A stretch of 64,000 nt of DNA from a virus: the IMG/VR virus record IMGVR_UViG_3300025000_000061, positions 32,001 to 96,000 of that record. One strand, 5' to 3'. Position numbers and translations under genes: made by a program. Below are positions 49,309 to 58,743 of this stretch, piece by piece; positions within the stretch are counted from its first letter, which is position 1, and each line of letters opens with the position of its first letter. The notes beneath the pieces were generated by a model. It saw only the letters and a list, made by a program, of their open reading frames with translations. It was not told where the DNA came from and ran no database searches.

Positions 49309-49337
49309 TTGACAAGATGGTATTAGAATGATAAAAT
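49309..49337 (+). promoter_or_regulatory. Sigma-A promoter (AGAATGATAAAAT family)
   Basis: TTGACA-17 bp-TAAAAT with extended TG. Confidence 0.75.
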
Positions 49338-49375
49338 AATTATAAGTAAAAAAATAAAATGGAGGAATACATATT

Positions 49376-49732
49376 ATGAAAAAGAAAACTATGAGAGTTA
49401 ATATCCAAATGAAGGATGGTTCAGAACTTAAACAAGTTGATATATTTAAAAATAGAGAATTAGGAGATAGTATAGTTTCTACTAAATTAGAAATTGAAAA
49501 ATTGCTTAATTATGAGAATGATAAAAATGTATATTTTGGTGGGAAATATATTCAAGGTGGAATTATTCCCAAGCAAATAAGTAAGTATGAAATTATTGAA
49601 GATGAAAAAGAAATATCATTAGTATTGTTAAATTTTATTAAAGAAAATAATCATGTGTATAATTTTAATTCAAATGATGTAATGAATTTTATAATTGAGA
49701 ATAGACAAGAAATATTAAAAATATTGAGGTAA
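49376..49732 (+). CDS. Hypothetical protein
   Basis: ORF with SD. Confidence 0.75.
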   Translation: MKKKTMRVNIQMKDGSELKQVDIFKNRELGDSIVSTKLEIEKLLNYENDKNVYFGGKYIQGGIIPKQISKYEIIEDEKEISLVLLNFIKENNHVYNFNSNDVMNFIIENRQEILKILR

Positions 49733-49848
49733 ATTTAGAGTAGAAAATACTATATTTAGTAATACATATTTAATAAAATACTAGATATAGTATTAATATA
49801 AATGCTGAATTTTATAATGAAATAATAATAAATTGGAGGGATATATTT

Positions 49849-51150
49849 TTGGAGTTAATTTATGAGACGGATAATGGAAAACTTGTTCATGGTGATAATA
49901 TTGAAGTAATGAAAGAATATGAAGATGATACATTTGATAGTGGTATTTCAGATTTTCCTTATGATTTAAAATTTATGGGTAAGAAATGGGATAATACAGG
50001 ATATTTTTATAAATGGTGCAAAGCAAGAGCAATTCAATTATATAGAATAATTAAACCAGGAGGATATGTTTGTATATTTGGTCATCCTAAGACAAATCAT
50101 AGAATGAAATGTGCTTTTGAAGATGCAGGATTTCAAATTGTAGAAGAAATTGACTGGATTTTTGGTACTGGATTTCCTAAGAATCAGGATATAGGAAAGT
50201 TGTTTGATAAAAAAGCAGGAAAAGAAAGAGAAATTATAGGTAAATATAAAACACCAGAAGGTGGTCAAATTTTATCTACTTATAATAATTGGCAAGATGA
50301 AGATTTAAAAAACGGAGAGCAAGAAAGAAGGATACCTAATATTACATTACCTACAACAGAACAAGCACAAAAATGGAACGGATGGAAAACGTCAGGTTTA
50401 AAACCAGCACATGAACCTATTACAGTATTTCAAAAACCATTAGAAGGCACATATATAAATAATATAAATATACATAATTGTGGTGCAATGAATATTGATG
50501 CTTGTAGAATTCCTACTTCACAAGATGATAAAGATATTATCAATGCAAAAGCATCTAAAAATCCAACAACTAACTATTCAGATAGTGAAAATAAAATATA
50601 TGGTGCATATGCAGAAGATAAATCAATGCCAGCAAATGAGATAGGTAGATTTCCAGTTAATATTATTCTTGATTCTTTTATGGGAGAAATATTAGATGGT
50701 CAAAGTGGGATTACAAAAAGTGGAAAAGTAAAAGAAAATAAAAATGCATACGAAGGTAAATCTAATACAGGATTTTTAAGAGGGATTACTACAATGCAAA
50801 ATCAACATGGAGATTCAGGTGGTGCGAGTAGATTTTTCTTAAAGATTGATACAGATGATTTTGTACCATTTTATTATTGTGGGAAAGCAACTAAAAAAGA
50901 AAAGGGTGAAGGGAATACTCATGTTACTGTTAAACCTAAACAATTAATTAAATGGTTAATAAAATTAGTTACTCCTATTGATGGTAAAACAATTGATATT
51001 ACAGCAGGAAGTGGAACGCATGGATTAAGTTGTGAAGAATTAAATAAAGAAGAAGGATATAATTTAAAATGGATTAATATTGAGTTGTTGAATACTGAGA
51101 AAGAACCATACTGTGAAATTGCAAAAAATAGGATTAAAAGTGTAATATAA
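49849..51150 (+). CDS. N6-adenine/N4-cytosine DNA methyltransferase (beta class, orphan)
   Basis: DFPY catalytic motif variant; LKPAHEPI; HVTVKP; DITAGSGT SAM-binding motif. Confidence 0.88.
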   Translation: MELIYETDNGKLVHGDNIEVMKEYEDDTFDSGISDFPYDLKFMGKKWDNTGYFYKWCKARAIQLYRIIKPGGYVCIFGHPKTNHRMKCAFEDAGFQIVEEIDWIFGTGFPKNQDIGKLFDKKAGKEREIIGKYKTPEGGQILSTYNNWQDEDLKNGEQERRIPNITLPTTEQAQKWNGWKTSGLKPAHEPITVFQKPLEGTYINNINIHNCGAMNIDACRIPTSQDDKDIINAKASKNPTTNYSDSENKIYGAYAEDKSMPANEIGRFPVNIILDSFMGEILDGQSGITKSGKVKENKNAYEGKSNTGFLRGITTMQNQHGDSGGASRFFLKIDTDDFVPFYYCGKATKKEKGEGNTHVTVKPKQLIKWLIKLVTPIDGKTIDITAGSGTHGLSCEELNKEEGYNLKWINIELLNTEKEPYCEIAKNRIKSVI

Positions 51151-51282
51151 AAATACATATAACTATACATATAACTATATGTAGTATGTATTATAATTTT
51201 AAACTACTACATATAGTAAAAAATCATTACAAATTCGCAGTTTTATTCAAAATATTATCACAAAAAAGGAGAAATTAAATTT

Positions 51283-51696
51283 ATGTATTCAATTCAATCA
51301 GAAATAACATTTAATTCAGCTCATTTCCTACAAAATTATAAAGGTAAATGTAGTACAATTCATGGTCACAATTGGAAAGTTATAGCAGAAGTGCAATCAG
51401 AAAAATTACATAATGATATGGTTATGGATTTTAAGGAATTAAAAAATTATTTAAAAGAGATAGAAAAATTATTTGATCATAAATTAATTATTAAAAAAGA
51501 CAGTCTAAAAGATAATACTATTCAATGTTTAAAAGATGAAGGTTTTGAATTGGCAATTGTTGATTTTAATACAACAGCTGAAAATTTTGCAAAACATATC
51601 TATTACATATTAAAAAATAAATATAATTTAAATGTAAGGAAAGTAAATATATATGAAACTGAAAATAATAAAGCATCTTATTGGGAAGGAAATTAA
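51283..51696 (+). CDS. queD: 6-carboxytetrahydropterin synthase
   Basis: FNSAHFL..GKC..IHGHNW; MDF; DH; TAEN; YET. Confidence 0.92.
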   Translation: MYSIQSEITFNSAHFLQNYKGKCSTIHGHNWKVIAEVQSEKLHNDMVMDFKELKNYLKEIEKLFDHKLIIKKDSLKDNTIQCLKDEGFELAIVDFNTTAENFAKHIYYILKNKYNLNVRKVNIYETENNKASYWEGN

Positions 51697-51699
51697 ATT

Positions 51700-52338
51700 A
51701 TGAATGTAATTGAAAAATACATAAGTGTTGAAGGAGAGGGAATATTTCAAGGTTATCCAACTGTATTTATAAGATTTACAGGATGCAATTTAAAATGCTC
51801 ATATTGTGACAGTTTATATGCACATGATGTAGAAAATAGTAGTAAATATAAAATTACTAATATATTAAGTTATATATTAAAAACAAAAATAAAAAAAGTT
51901 ACACTAACTGGTGGAGAACCTTTATGTCAAGACAATATTTATAAATTAATTAATATATTACTATATAATAAAATTAATGTGAATATAGAAACTAATGGCT
52001 CTATATTAATAAACAATATAAATAATAATGCAGTTATAACTATGGATTACAAACTTCCATCAAGTAATATGGAATCATTTATGTTATTAGATAATTTAAA
52101 GTTACTTAAATTAGATGATGTATTAAAGTTTGTTTGCTCAGATGAAAATGATTTAAAAACTGCATTAAATATTATTAATAAATATACTCCACAATGCAAT
52201 ATATATTTTAGTCCTGTATTTAACACTATACAACCAAAAAGAATAGTTGAATTTATATTAGATAATAAATTATTTAATTGTAGAATGCAATTACAAATCC
52301 ATAAATATATTTGGGGCAAAGAAACGAGAGGTGTTTAA
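51700..52338 (+). CDS. queE: 7-carboxy-7-deazaguanine synthase (radical SAM)
   Basis: SVEGEG..G.PTVFIRFTGCNLKCSYCDS; LTGGEP; IETNG; QIHKYIW. Confidence 0.93.
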   Translation: MNVIEKYISVEGEGIFQGYPTVFIRFTGCNLKCSYCDSLYAHDVENSSKYKITNILSYILKTKIKKVTLTGGEPLCQDNIYKLINILLYNKINVNIETNGSILINNINNNAVITMDYKLPSSNMESFMLLDNLKLLKLDDVLKFVCSDENDLKTALNIINKYTPQCNIYFSPVFNTIQPKRIVEFILDNKLFNCRMQLQIHKYIWGKETRGV

Positions 52339-52341
52339 TTT

Positions 52342-52980
52342 ATGAAAAATGACAAATGTGTTGTTGTATTATCAGGTGGTCAAGATTCAACAACTTGCTT
52401 ATTTTGGGCAATAAAAAATTTTAATTATGTTGAAGCAATAGGTTTTGATTATGACCAAAAACACAGGTTAGAACTTAGATGTGCAAAAGAAATATGTGAT
52501 AAACAAAGTATTAAATATACTGTACTTGATTTAAGTTTACTTAATCAGTTGACAATTAATGCACTTACAAGAGATGATATTATTCCTGAAATGGTAAATG
52601 GAAAATCTACTGCATTTGTAGATGGTAGAAATCTTCTTTTCTTAACTTTTGCTTCAATTTATGCAAAACAAAAAGGTATAAATAATATTATTACAGGTGT
52701 ATGCGAAACTGATTTTAGTGGGTACTCCGATTGCAGAGATATATTTATTAAATCATTAAATGTAACATTGAATTTAGCAATGGATTATAATTTTGTTATT
52801 CACACTCCTTTAATGTGGTTAAATAAAAAAGAAACATGGGAATTAGCAGATAAATTGGGATGTATTGATATTGTTAAAAATGAAACATTAACTTGTTATA
52901 ATGGAATTGTAGGAGATGGATGTGGTGAGTGTCCGGCTTGTAAATTGAGATTGAAAGGTTATGAAGAATATTTAAAATGA
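52342..52980 (+). CDS. queC: 7-cyano-7-deazaguanine synthase
   Basis: SGGQDSTT; FVDGRN; DFSGYSDCR; [13 protein letters not shown]. Confidence 0.95.
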   Translation: MKNDKCVVVLSGGQDSTTCLFWAIKNFNYVEAIGFDYDQKHRLELRCAKEICDKQSIKYTVLDLSLLNQLTINALTRDDIIPEMVNGKSTAFVDGRNLLFLTFASIYAKQKGINNIITGVCETDFSGYSDCRDIFIKSLNVTLNLAMDYNFVIHTPLMWLNKKETWELADKLGCIDIVKNETLTCYNGIVGDGCGECPACKLRLKGYEEYLK

Positions 52981-53007
52981 TAAAATAAATAATATTGATT
53001 AAAATAG

Positions 53008-53037
53008 TTGACAAATATATTAATATTGTGTTAAAAT
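53008..53037 (+). promoter_or_regulatory. Sigma-A promoter
   Basis: TTGACA-18 bp-TAAAAT with TG. Confidence 0.6.
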
Positions 53038-53065
53038 AAATCAACAAATAAAATATAGAAAGGAA

Positions 53066-53491
53066 ATGAAACTGATTAAAATTGCATTAATTAGTTGTAC
53101 AAAGTTAAAACAAACATATCAATGCGAAGCACAAGAAATGTATTTACCATCACAATTATTTAAAAAAGCATCTTACTATATCAAACAACAGAATTATAAT
53201 AATTGGTTTATACTTTCTGCAAAATATGGTTTACTTAATCCTAGTGATTTAATTGAATCATATGATTTAACTCTAAATAATATGAAATCAATAGAAGTTA
53301 AAAAATGGTCGCAAAAAGTATTTAATCAGTTAATTAATTATGATATTTATGAAATTGATTTTTATGCTGGTGAAAAATACAGAAAATATCTTATTTCATT
53401 ATTAGAACAAAGAAATATTATATGTAATATCCCATTAAAAGGATTAGGTATAGGTCAACAATTAAAATTTTATAAGGAGGCAATAATATGA
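53066..53491 (+). CDS. DUF6884-family protein
   Basis: IALISCTKLK..A.EMY..S.LF..WFILSAKYGL..YD.TL..AG.KY..PL.GLGIGQQL. Confidence 0.8.
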   Translation: MKLIKIALISCTKLKQTYQCEAQEMYLPSQLFKKASYYIKQQNYNNWFILSAKYGLLNPSDLIESYDLTLNNMKSIEVKKWSQKVFNQLINYDIYEIDFYAGEKYRKYLISLLEQRNIICNIPLKGLGIGQQLKFYKEAII

Positions 53492-53709
53492 AAATTAATA
53501 ACAAATGGAAAATAAATAAAGGTGATGATGTGACAATTAAAGCACAGGGTATTACTGTAAAAGGAGATGTTTTATCAGCAGAATATTATGAAGATGGTGG
53601 ATGGTATATTGAATTAATTAATGCTAATGTCCCTGGTGGATATAGTTATTATAAACAAAAATATGATGGTGGAAATGTAGTGAATGTTCAAAAGATGGTG
53701 ATTAATTGA
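53488..53709 (+). CDS. Hypothetical protein
   Basis: ORF with SD. Confidence 0.7.
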   Translation: MKINNKWKINKGDDVTIKAQGITVKGDVLSAEYYEDGGWYIELINANVPGGYSYYKQKYDGGNVVNVQKMVIN

Positions 53710-54515
53710 TTTTATATGTGTCAAAAACAAATGATAAATTAAACACAAAAGAATTAAATACTGAATTTCTTTCTGAATATTTATGTTTAAATCCTAAATA
53801 TAATGTATCTATTAAAAATCCAAATGTTAAAGTATTACTAGATTCTGGTGCTTTCCAAGATAAAGAAAAAGAAAAAAGATTGTCTTTACAAGAAGCATTA
53901 AATAGACAGTTAAATTTTGAAAAAAAAGTAGGTTTTATATCTGAACGTATCGTTGCCTATGATTATATAGGCAACGTAAAAGAAACTATAGAAGCAAATA
54001 AATTCTTAGTAGAAAAGAGAGAAGAATTAGAACCAAGACAATTAGTATTAATGATTCAAGGAAATACTACACATGATTACATACATTGTTTAGTAGAAAC
54101 TTTATTAATAACGAAATCAGAAGATTGTATAGGATTTGGTGGAGTTGCATTGGCTGGTAGAGAAAATAATACTAAATTTAAATTATTAGATGCATTTAAA
54201 ATTGGATTGCCGATAATTTATAATAGTGGGATAAAAAACATACATATCTTTGGAGTGGGTAGTTTTACAGTATTAAAAGAGATTACTAATATAAAAAACA
54301 TATTTAAACAGTTATATATTGATACTGATGAATTAAATATAAGTTGTGATACTGCTGCTTTTGAAATTAGATCGACAATGGGAAGTGTGATAAATTTAGA
54401 AGAAGAGAAATGGGAAAAGGTTTATACAAAAGCACAAAAATACATAAATTATCATCCAGCAGATTTAACTATAGAAAATATTAATAAAGCATTACAAATT
54501 ATAAGTAAAATATAA
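53706..54515 (+). CDS. TGT-fold transglycosylase, DpdA-like (putative DNA 7-deazaguanine insertion enzyme)
   Basis: LLDSGAFQ, IQG, GFGGV, HIFGVG and SCDT motifs; clustered with queDEC. Confidence 0.7.
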   Translation: MILYVSKTNDKLNTKELNTEFLSEYLCLNPKYNVSIKNPNVKVLLDSGAFQDKEKEKRLSLQEALNRQLNFEKKVGFISERIVAYDYIGNVKETIEANKFLVEKREELEPRQLVLMIQGNTTHDYIHCLVETLLITKSEDCIGFGGVALAGRENNTKFKLLDAFKIGLPIIYNSGIKNIHIFGVGSFTVLKEITNIKNIFKQLYIDTDELNISCDTAAFEIRSTMGSVINLEEEKWEKVYTKAQKYINYHPADLTIENINKALQIISKI

Positions 54516-54634
54516 ATCAACATAAAACAGTAGTTTTATAGCAAAATAATAATATAATTAAATAAACAAAATAAACTATAATTAATCTGTCGTTTAATGA
54601 GAAAGAATTATATGTTATAATAATATTAGGAAGG

Positions 54635-55387
54635 GTGAAAAACATAAAAGTAATTAATATTTCAAAAGAAGAAAAATTAGATAAAAAACTATATACAGTA
54701 AAAAATGTTCCTATGGAGACTGTAAAGGAAATTTGTAAAAACAAACACTATTTACATAGAGTGCCACATATTATTGCTAGTTATGGACTATATAAAAACG
54801 ATTTATTATTAGGAATTATAACCTTCGGTATACCACCAAGTCCTTACTTAATGAAAATATGTGGTGAAGAATATAAAAGTAATGTTTTAGAATTGAATCG
54901 TCTTTGGTGTTATGATGAATCTCCTAGAAACTCTGAAAGTTATTTGATTTCACAAGGTATTAAACTATTAAAGAAAGATAAACCTGATATAAAGATATTA
55001 ATTTCATTTGCAGATACGAGACAAAATCATTTAGGATACATATATCAAGCATCAAATTGGTATTTTACAGGATGGTCTATTCCAGGTGGAGGAAGTATAG
55101 TTATTAATGGCAAAGAGGTTCATCCTAAGAATTTAAACAATAAATATGGGACTAGTGATTTAGAAAAATTAAAAGTAATACTTAATACAGAAAATATTCA
55201 TTATCGTCCAAGGAGTAAAAAATGTAGATATGTATATTTTATTAGTAAAGATAAAAGAGAAAATGCATTATTAAAAACATTATGTAAATATGAAATACAA
55301 AATACATATCCAAAAGAATTTCCGAAAGAAACTGAATATAAGACTCAAAAACAAAAACTACTTGATAAAAATGTAGACGGTTTTTAG
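54635..55387 (+). CDS. Mom-like GNAT DNA-modification protein
   Basis: HYLH, ELNRLW, ESYLI, ISFAD..HLGYIYQASNWYFTG, KCRYVY. Confidence 0.82.
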   Translation: MKNIKVINISKEEKLDKKLYTVKNVPMETVKEICKNKHYLHRVPHIIASYGLYKNDLLLGIITFGIPPSPYLMKICGEEYKSNVLELNRLWCYDESPRNSESYLISQGIKLLKKDKPDIKILISFADTRQNHLGYIYQASNWYFTGWSIPGGGSIVINGKEVHPKNLNNKYGTSDLEKLKVILNTENIHYRPRSKKCRYVYFISKDKRENALLKTLCKYEIQNTYPKEFPKETEYKTQKQKLLDKNVDGF

Positions 55388-55447
55388 ACATAGTTTTGAT
55401 TGGGTTAAATTAAATTAACAAAATGCAAAAATAAATATAAATACATG

Positions 55448-55476
55448 TTGCAAAACCAAAATAATAATGTTATAAT
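55448..55476 (+). promoter_or_regulatory. Sigma-A promoter
   Basis: TTGCAA-17 bp-TATAAT with extended TG. Confidence 0.7.
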
Positions 55477-55670
55477 GTTATTAATAAAATTATTAGGAGG
55501 TTTTAATTATGCAAAAATGTGAAGTATGTGGAAAAGAAACAGAAAATTATTGTATTTGTGATAGTTGTAACTCTGCTTATTGTGTTGAACATATAGGTCA
55601 ATTTAATGAATGTCCTTTATGTGGAAAGGAACATACATTTAAAGAGAATTTTTAAAGTATAATAAAAGGA

Positions 55671-56093
55671 GTGTTAAATATGAGTTATAAAATTTACATT
55701 GGAGATTCTAAATGCACAAAATGTGGTAAGTCTCATAAGAAAATCTTTGAGATTGATGGTAAACCATACGGATCAAGTTGTGCAAAAGATATTATTGGTA
55801 AAGAATTAACTGCTCCTGTATGGTTGTATGAATTAGCAGAACAACATGTGCAAAGTAGAATAAAAAGCAACGATATTGAAAATGTCGAAGATTTTGAAGT
55901 TAATTTTTGGAATGAATTGCCTGATGACAAAAATACAATATTGGGTAGAAGTTTTAATAATTTATTTGAGAGTTATATTTATCATAAAACAATCAAAATT
56001 AAAGGAAAATCAGTAAAAGTTGATTGGCAACATGAAATAGTTGGTTATTTGCATAATAGACATGCAGAAATTACATTTAATACAATCAAATAG
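55671..56093 (+). CDS. Hypothetical protein (CxxCG..YGSSC)
   Basis: ORF with SD. Confidence 0.75.
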   Translation: MLNMSYKIYIGDSKCTKCGKSHKKIFEIDGKPYGSSCAKDIIGKELTAPVWLYELAEQHVQSRIKSNDIENVEDFEVNFWNELPDDKNTILGRSFNNLFESYIYHKTIKIKGKSVKVDWQHEIVGYLHNRHAEITFNTIK

Positions 56094-56389
56094 TTTAAAA
56101 TATGTTAAATTTGGTTTATCACGTTTTTTATCGATCAAATATTCAATTTAACTCACTTATACTTCCATTTGCTATGTAGTATAAATGTCATAATAAAATA
56201 ACGGTTTTGTCACAATATAGGTAAAATTACGCAATATCGTAATGTATCTGATTTTACCCATAATAATGTCAGCAAACCCTTATAATACAAGGGTTAGAGA
56301 GCATTTTTATACTTAAAATAAAAGTATAAAATAAATATTGTGACAAAAGAAAGATTTTGTTCAAACTTTAAAGGAAAAAGGAGGAAATT

Positions 56390-56932
56390 ATGAACAAAGA
56401 ATACATAAAGTTTTTAAATTTTAGAACAGAATTAATTGAATTATTAGATAAGTATAGATACCAAATATCAGGTACAAATCTTGATGATGGCTCAATGAAT
56501 ATAGAAAATAAAAATGGTATTGCTTATATATTAAGAGATTCTTATTCAGATTACGAAGCATTGGATTTTGACTGGAATATATTATCTACAGATTATATAT
56601 TAAATATGTTCCCAGAAGATAATAATTCGCCTATTAAAAATAACAATATTGGTATATTTACTAATAATTATGATAAAGTTTCTATGTTATTTGATGATCT
56701 ATATAATCAAAATAAAGAAAATGTAAAGAGATTCAGAAAGAGCAAAGAAGAAATAAATTTATTATTAGAAGATGATAGATATTTTGTTTGGATTAAACCG
56801 ATAGATAATTCAAGAGGTCATAGATGTTCAAAAGTTGTTTATATTGATAGGAATTTAACATTAAATGAGTTACAATATAATGTTATGCCTATTTGTTGTT
56901 ATTGTAAAAGAGAAGATGTAAAGGTGTTTTAA
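56390..56932 (+). CDS. Hypothetical protein
   Basis: ORF with AGGAGG SD. Confidence 0.75.
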   Translation: MNKEYIKFLNFRTELIELLDKYRYQISGTNLDDGSMNIENKNGIAYILRDSYSDYEALDFDWNILSTDYILNMFPEDNNSPIKNNNIGIFTNNYDKVSMLFDDLYNQNKENVKRFRKSKEEINLLLEDDRYFVWIKPIDNSRGHRCSKVVYIDRNLTLNELQYNVMPICCYCKREDVKVF

Positions 56933-57128
56933 ATAAATATAAATAAAAATAAGGAGGAAAATAGTATGGTAATGAAACCTGAAGAATTTGATAGTTTATA
57001 TTTATCATTTTTAAATGGTAATGAATTAACTAGAGAGGAAGTTAAAAATTTGTTTGATACTTTTGGAGAATTAATAAATGAGTATAAACGATTATTGGAA
57101 GAATTTAATAAAACCGTAGGAGGGTAAT

Positions 57129-57704
57129 ATGAAAAGAATTGATGTAATGACTGATATTGAAACATTAGGTAAAGATTCTGATTCTACAATATTTCAAATA
57201 TCTGCAATAGCTTTTAATATTGAAAGTGGAGAATACATAGATAAATTTAATATGATTGCTGATATTGAAAAGAATAAAATAATAAATGTATCAGGTAGCA
57301 CAATAAAATGGTGGTTAAATACCGATAAAGAATTATTAACAAAACTACTTAATAATGGAGAATATTCAAGTGAAGAAATACTTAAACAATTTCATATATG
57401 GTTAAATTCATTAAGTGAAGATATGAAGAATGTTTATTTATGGGGTAATGGTATTCTATTTGATAATAAGATGTTACAATGTCAAATGAAAAATATCAAT
57501 TTAGATTATCCTATATTTTATAGGAATGATAGAGATATGAGAACATTAGTAGAATTAGCAAGTCATAAGGTAGGGATTCAAACAGAAAAGGAATTTAGAG
57601 ATAAATATAAAAATCCAGATTTAATTGCTCATGATGCTTTTGATGATGTCAAGGGACAAATTGATATTGTTATTAAATGCCATAATATATTGATGAAAGG
57701 ATAA
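57129..57704 (+). CDS. DEDDh 3'-5' exonuclease (phage RNase T/DUF5051-like)
   Basis: DIETLG; WGNGILFD; RDMRT; HDAFDD. Confidence 0.85.
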   Translation: MKRIDVMTDIETLGKDSDSTIFQISAIAFNIESGEYIDKFNMIADIEKNKIINVSGSTIKWWLNTDKELLTKLLNNGEYSSEEILKQFHIWLNSLSEDMKNVYLWGNGILFDNKMLQCQMKNINLDYPIFYRNDRDMRTLVELASHKVGIQTEKEFRDKYKNPDLIAHDAFDDVKGQIDIVIKCHNILMKG

Positions 57705-57711
57705 TATAATT

Positions 57712-57933
57712 ATGAACAATTATAAACTTATGGAAGAATATATTCAATGGAGAAAAGATACTGGTAAATTTAGACATGAATTAAGAGATATAATTGTAAA
57801 TGATAATGGTGTAATTAAAACAGAGAAGAAGATGGCATGTGTTATAAATACTTCACCTGAAGATTGGAAAGAGTTTTGTGAAGATAGAGATATAGAATAT
57901 GAAGGTGAAATGAAATTGTTGGCAATGTGTTAG
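57712..57933 (+). CDS. Hypothetical protein
   Basis: ORF with SD. Confidence 0.7.
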   Translation: MNNYKLMEEYIQWRKDTGKFRHELRDIIVNDNGVIKTEKKMACVINTSPEDWKEFCEDRDIEYEGEMKLLAMC

Positions 57934-58062
57934 TATGTAGAAAATCTTGACAAATTATCAATAGTAATTACTATATGTAGTATTAAAAATATATAAAAAT
58001 ACTACATATAGTAATAATATCATGATCAAATTCCTCTTTTATATTAACTTGAAAGGAGAATT

Positions 58063-58344
58063 ATGAAAAAATTATTAATCATTTCTTTACTAACTACTTT
58101 TTTATTAACTGGGTGTGGTATGTCTAATAGTAATAATACAAAACAAATGGCATATTTTAAAGATACAGGTGTTGTTATAAAAGATTCAATGGATAGAGAA
58201 TACCATATAATTAAAGACCCAAATGATTATTTGTATTTTCGTACTGATGTAGTATATTATAGTATTTCGCCTGTATTAGATAAAGATGGTAAATATACAA
58301 AAGATATAAATACAATTAAAGAGATGTACAGAATAGAAAAATAA
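58063..58344 (+). CDS. Lipoprotein
   Basis: MKKLLIISLLTTFLLTGC signal peptide with lipobox. Confidence 0.8.
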   Translation: MKKLLIISLLTTFLLTGCGMSNSNNTKQMAYFKDTGVVIKDSMDREYHIIKDPNDYLYFRTDVVYYSISPVLDKDGKYTKDINTIKEMYRIEK

Positions 58345-58362
58345 AAAGGAGAAAAAATACAT

Positions 58363-58695
58363 ATGATAACTCAATTACCATGTGGCTGTTCAACTATACC
58401 TATCAATAAATTTGCTAAAGTTAAAGAAATATTATTAGCAGGAAAAGCAATTATAACTGATAATCCAAATTATGAAGAATCAGAAATAGTTATGTTCCAA
58501 TTAAAAGATGGAAATGTATTTTCAGTAGTTATGTTTTCAGATGATACTCAAGGAACTGTTAATTTTGATATGAAAAAAGCATTAAATGTTTGTAAAGAAT
58601 TATGGGATGATGGTTATGATTTTTGCTATGGAGAGCATATGAATTTTGTTATTGGTGAAGAAAGTAAAGATAAGAAAGATGAAAATAATAGTTGA
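58363..58695 (+). CDS. Hypothetical protein
   Basis: ORF with SD. Confidence 0.75.
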   Translation: MITQLPCGCSTIPINKFAKVKEILLAGKAIITDNPNYEESEIVMFQLKDGNVFSVVMFSDDTQGTVNFDMKKALNVCKELWDDGYDFCYGEHMNFVIGEESKDKKDENNS

Positions 58696-58714
58696 CAGAA
58701 TGATAAAATAATAG

Positions 58715-58743
58715 TTGACAGATTGTAAATAAAAATGTATAAT
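58715..58743 (+). promoter_or_regulatory. Consensus sigma-A promoter of the ligase-macrodomain-PARP operon
   Basis: TTGACA-17 bp-TATAAT; AAAATAATAGTTGACAGA is duplicated at 58682 and 58705. Confidence 0.8.

Larger units (their letters stand above)
20845..56295. repeat. Type-B dispersed hairpin family (AAACC..TTGATWTA..GGGTTT), 4 copies
   Basis: Copies at 20845-20871, 22207-22232, 30365-30395 and 56275-56295. Confidence 0.6.
4854..58015. repeat. Type-A dispersed palindrome family (arms containing ACTA-N4-TAGT or CTATATATTGT, 42-49 bp), 8 copies
   Basis: Copies at 4854-4895, 32675-32722, 34638-34679, 41241-41282, 48201-48246, 49746-49794, 51174-51217 and 57967-58015. Confidence 0.75.
2371..58047. 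repeat. Dispersed 28-bp imperfect inverted repeat (11-6-11), consensus about TCATGAYAAAA-N6-TTTTRTCAYRA, about 19 intergenic copies
   Basis: Copies start at 2371, 4904, 5841, 18889, 20883, 22244, 30405, 31606, 32728, 34687, 37606, 42496, 43870, 49793, 51224, 54517, 56188, 56338 and 58020; degenerate copies near 24120 and 37176. Confidence 0.75.

Noticed and set aside
51283-54515. tRNA queuosine biosynthesis operon
   Set aside because: queF, queA and queG are absent, the TGT-fold protein is short and lacks the Zn-binding C-terminus, and its neighbours are DNA-modification genes.
2371-58047. CRISPR array
   Set aside because: The repeats are dispersed and degenerate, not regularly spaced direct repeats, and there are no cas genes.
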